DNA of 64,000 nt from Felis catus. Taxonomy: Eukaryota. Made by a program: the position numbers and the translations under genes. The DNA is taken from assembly GCF_018350175.1 (NCBI RefSeq), contig NC_058379.1, positions 38,626,001-38,690,000 of the forward strand, written 5' to 3'. Of this stretch, positions 38,337 to 52,037 are shown piece after piece. Under the pieces are notes generated by a model. It made no database searches. It saw nothing but the letters and a program-made list of their open reading frames with translations, and was not told where the DNA came from. Each line of letters opens with the position of its first letter. The stretch's first letter is position 1.

Positions 38337-38550
38337 ATTTATTTAAAGTTTTTATTCATTTTGAGAGAGTGTGCACGCCCATGCACAAGCAGGGGGAGGG
38401 GCAGAGAAAGAGGGAGAGAGAGAGACTCTCGAGCAGGATCTGCGCTGTTAGCACAGAGCCCGATGCAGGGCTCGATCCCATGAACCATGAGATCATGACC
38501 TGAGCCAAAATCAAGATCGGATGCCCAATCAACTGAACCACCCAGATAGC
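38337..38550 (-). mobile_element. Older Can-SINE
   Basis: Diverged SINE body (GAGATCATGACCTGAGCC…CCACCCAG). Confidence 0.85.
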
Positions 38551-41500
38551 TTTGTATTTAGGTATTTTAATAATTACACTGTACAACACGTTCAGTGGTT
38601 AAAAAAAAAAAAAAAAAGTCAAAAGTGAAGTATCAGAGCCTCACATCCTTAGGACTCAGCATAGAGCATATAAATCTTATTGAATGATGGGTTAAATAAG
38701 TGAATGTTTATGAATCAAGGGTGATTATAAAGAGAAAGATTGAACAATTATCTTACGTAACAAAACAGGATAATAGAAAACAACAAAAATCCTACAGGAG
38801 AAATTTATTTACAGTGCTTTGGAAAAGAAGGCAAAGCAGAACAATTTGAGGATGATTCCAGTGTTTTTATGTGAGCTGGTATCTTGGGCTTAAGCATATC
38901 CGGTCAGAGGCCTACAGACTTAACTTTTTGATCTCTTTCGATTTAACCTTTTAGATTAGTGTGATTCTAAGGTAGCAAGCCGTGAAATAGAAAGATTAAT
39001 GTCTTCACTCTGGTTTAAATTTCCAACCATTTCTTTCTTCCTACCACAGTTAAGTCTCTCCTTTCAGATCCCTGTTGTCCAAGGCAGCTGTCCCTGACTG
39101 ATGGAGTCACCAGGAATGGGTGCTTTGATGTGGCCCTTTAAGACTCAGTCCTGAACTCAAGGAGGTGTCACCAGGGGGCTGGTTTGGACCAGAAGAGGAG
39201 CTGAGCCCACCAGTGCTGCGGAGGCCAGCCTCTTTGGGGGATGGTCCTCATTGCCCTCCGGTTTATCTTCTCCTCTCAGAGTTAAAGCATCCTCTCAGGC
39301 AAATGCAAAACCAGTTTAAGTGTTCCTGAAGAGTTTCTCAGCATTATACAGCGTCTGATTATGAAAACTGTTGCTTTTATTACCTTCAAGTGCGTTTGCC
39401 TGACTGGCTCTGAAGGCTGGCCTCTTCTAGGTTGGTCTTTGTGACTCTTACAGGAGGGGACTGCTCAGCACTCCAAGGCTGAGGGCATTGAGGAGAAGTC
39501 TCTAAATAATCGTCTTTGTTCTCACAAGTAAACGCAGTATGCTTTTCTGTGTTCGCATGTAATCTGTGCTTAACTGCCCTGGGTGTTGGCATCACAATTA
39601 AGTAATAAACAGATCAAGTAGCTCTGATTCGGATTAGATGCTGTTATGTAGAAGAAGCAGATACGTGGTGATGGGGAATAAACGGATATGCGGAGAAAAC
39701 AGAAAAATGGAAACAGAAATGAATACTTTGCAAAAGTTGCAGAAGAAATGGAAGATAGTCCAGCGGGAGGTAGATCTTCTGTGTTGGATAATGTTAATAT
39801 AAAAATTATACTGCGGTTTTAATTGTGGTCTTTTTTCCCCCATCACCAGGGGAGAACATAATTTAGCAAGTGGAGTATGTTGGGTTCTTTTTTTTTTTTT
39901 TCCATTCCTTTGTTTTAGCATGCCTTTTGGAAGCTCAATGAAGAAGAGGAAATATTTATAGGATCAGATAAGGATTCAGCTGTAGTAATTATGACTTTAT
40001 AGTTGTGGCTCCTTGATGCCCAGAAAATTTATTTTCATCATCTTCCTGGCTAACCAAGGGCGTCATTGTTCCATGTAACCTTTGTCTGAACTCTTTTTCC
40101 TTATCTCCCTCTTGAGAGAGCCCTGGAATAAGATCATTATCACACAAGCTCTGATTTTCAACAGAGTTCACGGAAGCACGTTACTGGTAAGCAGCAAGTC
40201 CATGGACTTGATGGATGCTGCTGCGAGTTTTCTGACAGAGTGGCAGGAGAGTTCAACCTTCCCTTTAATTTGCTTTATTAAATGTGATTATATTCACACT
40301 GGCAGCCCTTAAGGCCTATAGAGCTCTAAAGGAGGCGATAATATTTCATAAGCTTTAGGAACTTGGCCCAAGTCATCATTGGATTTTCACATAACGTTCA
40401 TTTTTCCCCCTCACTAACATTAGAATAAATTCTAGCCCGGAGATAGGAGAGGACTTGCTCCACTGGTTTAAAATTAATCCTGGTCCGTTTCTTGAAGGCC
40501 TCCGATGTGTGTTGTACTCTATTAAATGCTACCCTACGTGCGTGATTTTACTTAATTCTCAGCTATTGTAAGAGGTATTTTATCTGTACTTTACCCTTGA
40601 TAAAAATTTATTTTCAGACAGTTTGAGTAACTTCAATTCACAAAGCTGCTAAGTGGCAGTGAAAGTTTGAACATGGCCTGTTAGATTTTAACCCTTTGTG
40701 GGAGATTGGTGACTTTTACCAACTGGCCAAAGAGGTTGGTTAATGGCTCTTCTTAATATCTCTTATAATGTCTTTTAAAAAAATATCCTTTTGCCGTTTA
40801 CTGTTAATCCCCTTTGAAAGAGACCAGTCTTGGGCCAAACTGTCAATGCTAAATATTAGCTAGATAGGTTATCTTAGGCCGCTTGGAGCTTCCACTGATG
40901 TTTTCCATGTCCCTTGGTTGCTCTGTTACTTGACAAGCTTGGAAAGGCCTTAGCAGAGCCTCCTCATACGGGGGACACTGTAAGGGATGTCAGGGTCAGG
41001 ACAGGGCATGGATGGGGCATTCTTTGAAGTGCCTTTCTGAGCAATAGACACTTCTGCCTTTTTGACTTGACGCGGAATGGAGTGCTCCTCTTCTAGGTAA
41101 ATGTGGAGCAGGTGTGTTGTACGTGAAATCAGGGGTAAGTTATTAGTGTATAAGTACTTCTAATTCCGGCCACTCCCAAGGTGTGCTTGAGGCGTGGCTT
41201 TATTCAGCCCACCAGCCAAACTGCCCTGCAGATCCCATGCATTTGAGGGCCAGCCGTAGCCGTGGTTGTAAGGAGAATGGATTCCAGAAATTCTTAAGGC
41301 CCAGGATCTGGAGACCCTAATGCTGTCCGCTTCATTCTGGAGAAGCCCTAAAGGAATCCACCCCAGTCAAGGAAACGTCTGTGACTGCAGTGTGTCTGGA
41401 GGATCGGGCACTAATGGGCTGATTTCCCAGGTGTCAGCACTAGAGATCACAGCGACTGCTTTCTCTGGTCAAGGACCTGGATGTGCCTTTCTCTCCTGGT

Positions 41501-41733
41501 GGACCGAGCCCTCTGGACTTTTGTCCTATCTCCTGTCCTATTGAAGAATAGTCCACATCGGGCAATGTCTCCAGAGCATTCCAGGAAATTAATAAGGGAA
41601 ACAATAACAACAGTAATAATTAAGAGCTGTAGTTTATCAGGGGTCTGCTACGTGCCAGATGTTTTATATACATCATCTCCAGTCCTCAAAGCAGCCTTCT
41701 GGGGTAAGATGTTAACTCATTTAAAGACCAAAA

Positions 41734-41951
41734 GGGGTGCCTGGGTGACGCAGTCGGTTGAGCGTCCGACTTCAGCCAGGTCACGATCTCTCAGTCCGTG
41801 AGTTCGAGCCCCGCGTCAGGCTCTGGGCTGATGGCTCAGAGCCTGGAGCCTGTTTCCGATTCTGTGTCTCCCTCTCTCTCTGCCCCTCCCCTGCTCATGC
41901 TCTGTCTCTCTCTGTCCCAAAAATAAATAAACGTTGAAAAAAAAAATTTTT
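41734..41951 (+). mobile_element. Can-SINE (young type) inserted in a MIR
   Basis: TSD AAAGACCAAAA. Confidence 0.95.
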
Positions 41952-42199
41952 TAAAGACCAAAAAAAAAAAGCTTAGATTTGCAAGGTCGCACTGTTCATT
42001 TACTAGGCCGTAGAGCTAGAATTCCAGCCCATGCTTGTCTGACATCAGCACCCAAGCTCCTTTCACTAGGCCACAGTGTCTTTGTGTTAAAAATGATTCT
42101 AGGAATTTGAACAAACATGTTGATTGTAGTGCCATTTTGCCTGGAATAACTAACAGCACAATTTCAAATAGCGTTTCAGGAATTCAGCAGATGGGTGTC

Positions 42200-43100
42200 C
42201 TAATTCAGTAAGCATCATCTAACGAGTGCCCGTTAAGTGCCTGACATTCACGGCTCAAGGGCCTGCACACCCGAAGCCGAGTCCATACGTTCGACAAATA
42301 TGCACTGAGCACCTACTGTGTGCCAGCCACTCTTCTACACGATGGGGTTGCTGGGGCTTGGAGCTTCCAAGGAGGAGGCAGAGAAAAACCAATAAGTGAA
42401 ATAGTTCATAGGTTAGAGGTGTGTTGTAGGAGAAGAGCAGGGAAGGAAGGTGGGTAGTGGAGGAGGTTACCAGGGATGCCTCACTGAGGTGGAGGAATGA
42501 GCCAGGGGAGGACATTGCAGCTGGAATCGCAGGTCCTAGAGGGGAGGGTCCCGCTATCTCAGAGATGTGATGGAGAGGTATACCCGCTCAGAGCAGGTAA
42601 GTGGGAGAGAAGTAGATGAGTAAGCGTTTGGGGATCATTTTTGAGGTGGGATAAAATGACTCTGCATGAAATGGGGAGTCCGGGAAGGATTTGGGGTGAA
42701 GTGACACGATTTGCTTTATATTCCACAAGGATCAGCCTGGCTATTGTGTGGAAAACACTACAGAGAGGGCAAGGGCAGCGGTAGGGAGACTAGTTAGGAG
42801 GATAATGGAGTAACTGGCAAGCCAGGATGGTGGGCTGGATGGAGCGCCAGTGGTGGAGGTGAAGGTGAGGTGTGCCAGGAGGGGTGCAGTGGCCACACTT
42901 GGATCTATTTTGAAGGTAGAGCCACGTGATCTACTGAAAGGACTGAATGTGGGCATTGTTGTTAGTTTTTTTGTGATTGTATTTTCTTTGGCCTGAGACT
43001 TCTTGAAAGATGGTGGACTGGCCCGTGGGGTAAGAACGGGGGGACGACATGATTTGGGGGAGAAAACTCAGGAGTTTACTCCTGGACACCTTAGGTTTGA
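42200..43100 (-). mobile_element. L2 relic
   Basis: CAAATATGCACTGAGCACCTACTGTGTGCCAG…GGATCTATTTTGAAGGTAGAGCC. Confidence 0.65.
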
Positions 43101-43896
43101 GATAGACTTCTAGTACAGAGAGTAAAAACCATTCCTTGCCTTAAAAAAAAAAAAATGTGTCTGGTAGCAGAGACTCTCAGAAGAAGCAAATGTTGCTACA
43201 AATACGGTGAGATCCACATAATGGTAGGAACGTGCACAAGCGCAGTGGTCGCCCCGCCGAGACTGTTTCCAGGGAGGTGGGAACTCAGCATCCGAATTGG
43301 AGGTGGGGTCAGGGCCAAGTTTTGAAGCATAAGGTTCAGCAGTGCTCGGGGAAAGTGGGTGGGCTGGAAGCTTCTAGGGGGGCAACACATTCGGCCTGGA
43401 GCTCTTGAAGAACGACATGCTATTTAGTAGGTCATGATTACTAAAGCTCATGTTGTGAGGATAAAAGTGAAGCTTGAGGGTCAGGAAGGCTTAGGATGTG
43501 GCTGCCCTGAGTGTTGAGTCAGGGAGAAGAAAGGGATGGGGAGCTATTGAAAGTACGTTATTGCATAGAAAGAAATAGCTTCTCAATTCCAAACTTGTCA
43601 AGAATCCAGCTAGGGACAAATATCGCTAGAAAACAATAGCAAGTAGGTTATAATTTGCCTTTATTTTGTTACTCTGTTATACTGTTTTCTTTTCATAACT
43701 AGTGTTTCTCAAGCTATGAAAATGCTAGGTTCCTAGTTCTTAGTTGGGATAACAGACTGAATTTGGTGAGAAGTGCTTGAAACGTCCTTGGACCCCCTGG
43801 CCGCTCCACTCCCACGCTGATACTCAGGGGAAAGCTCAACAGGGCTGCTAGGATGAAAAGAACATAATCAAGATGTTATCAGAAAAGGGTATGACA

Positions 43897-44091
43897 GGGG
43901 CGCCTGGGTGGCTCAGTCACGTAGTTAAGCGTCTGACTTCGGCTCAGGGCACGGTCTCATGGTTCATGAGTTCGAGCCCTGCGTTGGGCTCTGTGCTGAC
44001 CGCTCAGAGCCTGGAGCCTGCTTCAGATTCTGTGTCTCCCTCTCTCTCTCCCCCTCCCCTACCTGCGCATGCGTGTGCTATCTCTCTCTCT
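43897..44091 (+). mobile_element. Can-SINE lacking an A-tail
   Basis: Head and CT region present; no poly(A) or clear TSD. Confidence 0.9.
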
Positions 44092-44926
44092 GTATTACTA
44101 AATACTCTGTTGGGAAAGAGACTGAGCATGACTGAGACACAAGAATATATCTATTTTGGAGTATAGCTTATAATGAGTGTTACAGATTATTAAAATGAAG
44201 TTCTTAAAATGCAGACACAGACACTCTGCATGCACCTTTTGCATAAACCAAAAAAAAAAAAAATCTATACATCTGTGAAAGGCACAAAGCAGCAAGACTG
44301 CTGACTCGATTTGGTGGCAATAATCAGAAGAAGGACAAATTGATATAGCCTTGACTGGGGCCAGTGATTTGTTATCTACTTGTCATTTCTGTCTCCAAAT
44401 GCAGTGGATCCAAACAAAGCTTTGGGACTTGTAATTCCCTTATAGAGCAGTGGTTAGCAAACTTTAGTGTAAGAATCCCCTGGGTGTTCATTAAAAGTGT
44501 AGAAATGCTGTCCAGCTGTTCTCCGTCCAGCCTGTATTCCAGAATCCCAGCGTAGCTTTTAAAAATTACCTACGCCTGCGACCTGCCACCTGGTTGAATT
44601 GGTGGGGGTGGAGCCCAAGGCATCTGAGGCCAGAGGTTCCCCACACCTGCAGCTAGGTCAGGAGAATATGCAGTTTTTCCAGAGCCCCAGGGGATCCGAT
44701 CCCAGTGGCCTATGACTATCATTCTCTGTAACCTTAAAGCTTCAACTGGTTTGCTCTATCTGCTGAATGGTGGCACCAAGTTATATGTAGAGGAATAATA
44801 GGTGTATTTCAGAAGTATGAAAACATTTATTAGAATCCTTTTTTTTCCCCCCTGTAAACAAATTAAGTTAAAACGTGGGAAATTCACCTAGCTGAAAGAG
44901 TATTTTAAAGAAGTGATAAATAGGTC

Positions 44927-45140
44927 TAGGTGCACCCAGGTGGCTCAGTTGGTTGAGCATCTGACTTCAGCTCAGGTCATGATCCCACAGTCTGTGAGTT
45001 CAAGCCCCTTTTCGGGCCCTGTGCTGACAGCTCAGAGCCTGGAACCTGCTTCAGGGTCTGTGTTTCTCTTTCTCTCTGCCCCTCCCCACCTGTGCTCTGT
45101 CTGTCTCTCTCTCAAAAAATAAACTTTAAAAAATTTTTTA
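44927..45140 (+). mobile_element. Can-SINE
   Basis: SINE body; TSD ~AGTGATAAATA. Confidence 0.9.
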
Positions 45141-46754
45141 AAAATAGTGATAAATATGTGTTTATGAAGAGAGATTTGGTAGATTTGTTTTCTTCTGCTT
45201 ATGAAAGTCCTACTTTTATAGAAAATCTGAAAAAGACAGGGATTCAACCATCCATAAATGATCACTCTTATTATTTTGGTCTATCACGTAAATTTTGTCT
45301 TCTCGTGGGGAGTCTGGATGTTGAATCCACAGCCTCTCGCAGAGTCCTTCCCTCTCCAACTGTACAGCCACGATTGGTTGTCACCCACCTCCTCCGTGAG
45401 GAAGAATGGCCTCCCTGCTCTCAGGGAGTAGTTTAATCTGTCCTCCTCTGTCCCTCCTAGATTAGAAACGCCAGTGGGAGTCCAGGAGACTCCTTTGCCC
45501 TGAATGTGTAGGACCCTTCCCATTAAGGATAGAGTTCCCCTGGTAAACGTGTCAGGACCTACATTTATCCTCTCTTCTTATTGGTCCCAATTTTGCTTTG
45601 CAAACTTTTCCTTCTCTTCTGCAACTGACGAGTTTGAGGGAGCAGACCCTCTTTCCCTGGCTGTTTGAAGACCCCTCTCCACAAAAGAGTTTGAAGCAAG
45701 GAATCTTTACAGATAAAGTTTTCACCTAGACAGATTTATTTTGCTTCCATTTTAAATGGACAGGTTAAAGGGTTTAAAATGAATTTCCTTGTGAAAAGTT
45801 TAGTAATTAAAAAAAAATTAACATAGGAAGTGAAGCAGGTGTTACTGTAATTAAACCTTAAAAAAAAAAAAAAACCTAGACCATGAAGAACCTATAAAAC
45901 ATTTCTTAAGATGAACTGCGTTTCAGCCTTTCAGTTTTTCTTCAAATTTATTTTTGTCTGTAGGGTTTTAAGTTAATCCCCATTGAGCTGGAAATATGTG
46001 GATTTAAAAATTGAAAGAGCTGTTTATTGGCTTAGTTGCCCATTAGAGGAAAAGAATATAAATGTATAAATGGAACATCACACCTGTAGCCGTTCAGTCA
46101 TTTTTAGTACATTGTGTGGGAAATTCAAGCTCAGTAATCAGAATATCCGAAGGCGGCTCCAACCATGGCTACATTTTTATCTACTGAGTCACCTCGGAGG
46201 CAGGAGGCAAGATGGTGGCTGAGCTGGGCCCCCGAAAGCTTTAATTACAAAGAATTTGAGCAGCCAATGAGGAACCCTTTCAGTGCTTCGGGCCCTGAGT
46301 GAACAGCCCTGGAATAAGGAGTCCTGTCTTATCGGCACCTTCAGAGAACTCGGTGAGGCCCTGTTCTCAGGCAGCTCACTTGTGTGCCGGGGAGATCTTT
46401 TAAGAACATTCTTTGTAGTCTTCATCCATTACCAGCAGAGAGATAAAAGCCGAGGCATTACAGTAAAAACAGAATAATTAAGTCCTTGGCCTCGCATTTG
46501 AATTGAAGGATGAAAACATTCAACATTCTGTCAAAACCCCCAAAGTACAGAGGAGGATCCGGACTGCCGGAGGGGCTGCCGTTTCCTCTCTCTGTATGAC
46601 TTGCGATAAGGGTCAGCGAATGCTTGGTTAATTAATTGTGGGACGGCAGAGGCACCCTGCTGTCTAACTTTGGGGAAAACCAAGTTCTGTTCATTTGGCT
46701 TTGGAGTACAGACAGGTCCTAGAAAATATCGGGGTTAAAAAAAGGAAACTGATC

Positions 46755-46965
46755 TGGGCGCCTGGGTGGCGCAGTCGGTGAAGCGTCCGACTTCAGCCAG
46801 GTCACGATCTCGCGGTCCGCGAGTTCGAGCCCCGCGTCGGGCTCTGGGCTGATGGCTCGGAGCCTGGAGCCTGTTTCCGATTCTGTGTCTCCCTCTCTCT
46901 CTGCCCCTCCCCCGTTCATGCTCTGTCTCTCTCTGTCCCAAAAATAAATAAACATTGAAAAAAAA
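46755..46965 (+). mobile_element. Can-SINE (very young)
   Basis: CpG-intact; perfect TSD AAAAAAAGGAAACTGATC (46737-46754, 46966-46983). Confidence 0.95.
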
Positions 46966-48760
46966 AAAAAAAGGAAACTGATCAAATTGAGCCTCGTCTC
47001 TGAGGAGAAGCTGAGAGGTAATAACTTCTATTCATTTCTGTTCGGTGCGGTATTCTAGGGTACCACAAAACAGCCAAGGGCTTTGGGGGTGAGAGTGAAT
47101 CGGGTGTGATTTTGCAAGACTTCACTCGTAGACTTGTGACTCGGCACGTTTATGTTAAATGAGGCTGATGTATTCAACCATTCATTCGTTTATACATTTA
47201 TACATTTAATGACCACTAGGCTGGCAATAATGGTGACTCTGTATGACTTTATAAGTATTAAATGGAAACTATAATAGAATGGCTAGAATTTCCCCATGTA
47301 ATTGGTTTCTTTTTCTTAGCAATGGAAATGCCCTCCCTCCCCCATATTTCTTTATCGATTCGATCAAATGTTACTCCTGCTGTGTGACTCTCGTCTGGAC
47401 TCCTCCGAAGACTCGGATTTGTAGAGATGCAAACACTTACAGGCAGCCCACCTTTCTGGGGTTTTTCTTTCTTGTTTTCATCACATATCCTTCTGGTGAC
47501 TAGTTTTGGGTGCATGCAGGCAGCTTGCCGCGAGGAGCGAACCACAGAGATAAAAGCCTTGAGACATGCATGCAGTGACCGAAAATGGGTCAGGCCAGCT
47601 CGTGCACCTGAATTTACTGGGCTCCGGGATAGAAGTGAGACCTGCTGTTCTGTCTCGTATTCGTGGAACTCAGAAACGCAAACTGTTTGTTCCTTCACAA
47701 TTTATTCACCGTCTGTTTGTACGCAGCATTTCTCCGGACAGACAGGGACTTCGAGGACAGGTTATTTGTTCTTCGGTCATTTTGAGACAGCCATTCTTCT
47801 TGCGCTGGCTGTCCTCGACACCCATAAAAAGAATCCTGAAGTGTGGATTCTCGGCCAGCTAGCCCCAGATGTCAGAGGGTATATTGCCCCTCACTAGGGT
47901 GCAAAGGTTGGAGGTTTTGCCATAACCTTTCCCTTATTTTTAAGATGAATGGCTCCGTGGGAGAGAGACCCATTTCAGAAAAGAGTTGGAGAGCTGTTTG
48001 CTGGTAGATGACTGTATGGAATCTGACTCTGTTTTAATTTATTCACTGTCTATATGGTTCACACCTCATTTCTCACAGATGCAGAGTCAGATGTTGGGTA
48101 ATAGAAAAATATGCTCCTGCATTAAGGTGCCAAAGATACTTTTTGCTAATACGTTCTTCCCGGAGATAGTGCATTTCTTCTGCACTGTTGGCCAATTCTA
48201 TCTCCTTTTCTCTCGTCTTTTCATTTTAGCTGTGAAATTCTTGAAAATCTTAAACAGTGGCATTGGACGCTCATACACTTGAAACGTGTGTTCCTGGCTT
48301 CTTGTCAGTTTGAGGCCTTCCACCCACACACTTACAAAGTGGAAACTGATTAAAACTTAGGTTTGTCCGTTGGAAGCTTAAAATTAGCCACTTATCAGTG
48401 AAAAGTTGTAAATAGGAATCTAGAAGCAGAGTGGGTATCGTTCACGTTTTCTCTAGCCGTGACAGTGATCATTTATTTTTTGGTTGTCCAGGAATAAAAT
48501 GGCAACCTGGGACAGAATCCTGAAGGGTCATACGAGATTAGAAACCTTTTTCATGAAGGAAGAAACTAGTATTGTCATTTTATATTATGTATATATTATA
48601 TATATTGTATATTATATATAATGTATATATACATAATTTAAAATAGGGAAAAGAGTATAATTTTATACTTTATTATTGTTTGGCTTACATTAAGTAGAAG
48701 AGTAAAATAGCATATTAGCAATATGGAATCATAGATGATCATATAAAACAATAACTTTGA

Positions 48761-48961
48761 GGGGTGCCTGGGTGGCTCAGTCGGTTGAGCGTCCAGCTTC
48801 AGCTCAGGTCATGATCTCACGGTCCGTGAGTTTGAGCCCCGTGTCGGGCTCTGTGCTGACAGCTCAGAGCCTGGCTCCTGCTTCAGATTCTGTGTCTCCC
48901 TCTCTCTCTCTTCCCCTCCCCTGCTCATGCTCTGTCTCTGTCTCAAAAAAAAAAAAAAATT
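48761..48961 (+). mobile_element. Can-SINE
   Basis: Perfect TSD TAAAACAATAACTTTGA. Confidence 0.95.
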
Positions 48962-49297
48962 TAAAACAATAACTTTGAAAAGTTGTCCACTTCTATAAGA
49001 GCAGATTTTATTGGTGTACCCAATAAACTTGTGTGGAAGAAAGCTTTGCTCTTGGAGGCAGAAACTAGATTTAATGCTTGGCTCTGTGTTTATTGTTACA
49101 TGACTCTGGGCAAGGTCTGCGCTAACATCACTGTGCCCACCTGTCCTGTGGGTGTAACGTCGCTTCCGGGTGGTCAGGGGTGAGCTTGTAGGGGAGAACA
49201 AAGGGAGGAGCTTAGCACCATGCACCTGTGGGTGACCTGAGACCAACCTCTCTTACTTTCTCTAATACCATACCCTGTTAATTAAAAAAGTAAATGA

Positions 49298-49505
49298 GGG
49301 GCGCCTGGGTGGCTCAGTCGGTTGAGTGCCAACTTCGGCTCAGGTGATGATCTCACGGTCTGTGAGTTCGAGCCCCGCGTCGGGCTCTGTGCTGTCAGCT
49401 CGGAGCCTGGAGCCTGCTTACGATTCTGTGTCTCCCTCTCTCTCTGCCCCTTCCCTGCTCATGCTCGCTCGCGCTCTCTCTCTCTCTTTAAAAAATAAAC
49501 ATTAA
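49298..49505 (+). mobile_element. Can-SINE
   Basis: TSD AAAAAAGTAAATGA. Confidence 0.95.
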
Positions 49506-50629
49506 AAAAAAAGTAAATGAAAGTACAAAAGGGTTATGAGAAATTATTTCAGCTGTTAATTCAACTCATGAAGGTCCTCTGCATTTGAGAAAGTGAACTT
49601 TGCTTTTCGGAAGCCATATAAAGCAGCACTTTATAATATTTGTAGAGTGTTTAGAAGCAAAAATGCTGTTTGAATTATGATATACATGTTGAGGACTTAA
49701 TGACAGTTTCTGCCTAAGAAAGATTTATTTTGAACAGAAAGTGGAAAGAATAGTTGCTATGACTAGCATATTCCCTCCCACTTTCTAGGATTCGCTTTGC
49801 CATAAGGGCTAAACACTCTGCTTTTTCTTTTGTATTTTTTTGGTGGCCTGAAATTTCCGTTATTATTTAATTTTTTGCTTAAAAGCTCAAGAATAGTATG
49901 GGAATGCCTTTGGCTAAGGGAAATGAAGTCCTCATCCAGTCTGAACTCTATTTCAGAGATAGGGAACGCTAATGAACTGCTATAAACATAGCTATCAGGG
50001 AACTAAATTCAAATATTCATGTTACCTCCTGAAAATAGATAGACATGTGGCAATTTCCTATCCCTGGGAAAGTTCTGTAGAGTGTTTTTGCTGTATATCG
50101 AATACTACATTCAAATGCTTGTCCAAGTGACAAACATATAAACATGTTGTGGGGGAAAGCACTGCCCTGTGTTTTGAAAGGTGTTTTGTTTTGTTTTGTT
50201 TTGTTCTGTTTTTCTGTGTCGGACCCAGAGCAAGATACAGTTCATATACGGACAGTTTAGGAATTTAAATAAAACCCTTTAATAGCGCTGGCAGGGCTCT
50301 TGCGGAAAGCTCATAGACTAGAAACTCTACTGACAGTTCCTGATAATGACAGCATCTTGGTGGTAATCACGTTAAAGTTTCATGGGGACTAAGATTCTCT
50401 GCCAGATTATGTGTGAAACAAGCATATAGGTACAAATGCCATTTAGCCATTAGCTAGGTTCTCAGATGAAGTCTGCAAAAGCATTCTATACCCAAAGGGC
50501 CAAAACTTTTCAAGTTAATGCTTTTTTTTTTTTTTTTTTTTGGAAACTGGAGCTGTCCCCTAGCCCACCAGAATACTTGCATTGTAAATAAAGGCAGGCA
50601 TTGTTTCTCACCTGAATGAGATGTTTTTA

Positions 50630-50836
50630 TTTTTTAACGTTTATTTATTTTTGAGACAGAGAGAGACAGAGCATGAACGGGGGAGGGTCAGAGAGAGGGA
50701 GACACAGAATCTGAAACAGGCTCCAGACTCTGAGCCGTCAGCACAGAGCCCGGTGCGGGGCTCGAACTCACGGACCGCGAGATCATGACCTGAGCCAAAG
50801 TCGGCCGCTTAACCGACTGAGCCACCCAGGCGCCCC
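50630..50836 (-). mobile_element. Can-SINE
   Basis: TSD GAGATGTTTTTA. Confidence 0.95.
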
Positions 50837-51553
50837 GAGATGTTTTTAAAAATGATCGTTGATGGTGTAGGGCTCACCGATGAATTCCCTTGCTGAAGGT
50901 GATGGAGTGCCGCCTAGAAGAGTCCTGGCTGACCCCTGGCCTGTGACGGTTGGGGGCTCCCTCCCTACCGGAGAATGCATTCTTTGCCACCTTCTCATCT
51001 TGAGGGACCCCTGTGTTTCTGGGAGACCTAACGCTTGTAAGGGAGTTTGCCTGCCAGCGTAATCCATTCCCCCTCTCATCTCACAGCTCCAGGGTTTCAC
51101 CTGGCACTGGCAAGGTGCCCCTCCTCTCCGTCTCCTCTTCTACTGCCCTGCTCCTTGTCTGGACTGTCACCACAGCTGCTAACTGCTCTCCCTGCTGTCA
51201 TCCTTGCTCCCTCACTTGGAGGCCAGACTGGTCTTCTTAAAGTATCAGTAAGACCTCATCTTGAAATGTTCCATTGTGTTTAAAATAATACCCACCTACA
51301 TAAAGTGGCTTACCAAGACCCTTACCGTCTGGCCCCGGGTCACGTTTTCTACTACGTTGGGTACCATTCTTCCCCGCACCTGCTGCGTCCCCGCTACCTC
51401 TGCCTTCTTTTCATCTCTTGACCACCCCAAGCTCATTTGGTCCTTAAGGGCCCCAGACACTAGTCTTTTCTGGAAGGTATTATCCCAGCCCCTGTATCCT
51501 CACAGGGCAGATTATTCTCGATATTGGAATACTGACTTAAATATCTTTTTCTT

Positions 51554-51750
51554 GGGGCACCTGGGTGGCTCCGTCGGTTAAGTGTCCAACTGTGGCTCGG
51601 GTCATGGTCTCATGGGTCGTGGGTCTGAGCCCTACATCGGGCTCTCCAGCTCAGGGCCTGGAGCCTGCTTTGGATTCTGTGTCTCCCTCTCTTTCTGCCC
51701 CTCCCCTGCTCATGCTCTCTCAATAAATAAATGTTAAAAAATATATATAT
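51554..51750 (+). mobile_element. Can-SINE inside an L2
   Basis: GGGGCACCTGGGTGGCTC head, CT region, AATAAATAAA tail. Confidence 0.9.
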
Positions 51751-51804
51751 CCTCTCCTTGGAGAAGCCTCCCTTACTGCCAATGTAAGCAGCCATCCATC
51801 TGCT

Positions 51805-52037
51805 TTTTTTTCTTTTTTCTTTTCTTTTTTTTTTTTTTTTAAGTTTATGTATTTTGAGATAGAGAAAGAGTGCTGGGGAGAGGGAAGGGAGTGTGAATCT
51901 CAAGCAAACTCTGAACTGTCAGTGCAGAGCCTGACTTGGGACTCAAACTCATGAACCACGAACCCAGTGATCATGACCTAAGTAGAAGTCTGGAGTCAAG
52001 AGTCAGATGCTTGAGGGACTGAGCCACTCAGGCGCCC
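51805..52037 (-). mobile_element. Older Can-SINE
   Basis: Poly-T tail; ends CCACTCAGGCGCCCC; TSD ~CCATCTGC / CCGTCTAC. Confidence 0.88.

Noticed and set aside
41084-41102. Recursive-splice-like AG|GT sites (CTCTTCTAG|GTAAAT here; similar at ~11444 and ~55961)
   Set aside because: Several such motifs are expected by chance in a 55-kb intron; no conservation or saw-tooth RNA-seq evidence is available.
47258-47897. 146- and 156-aa ORFs on opposite strands
   Set aside because: No homology recognised; lengths are within chance for 64 kb and no exon structure is evident.
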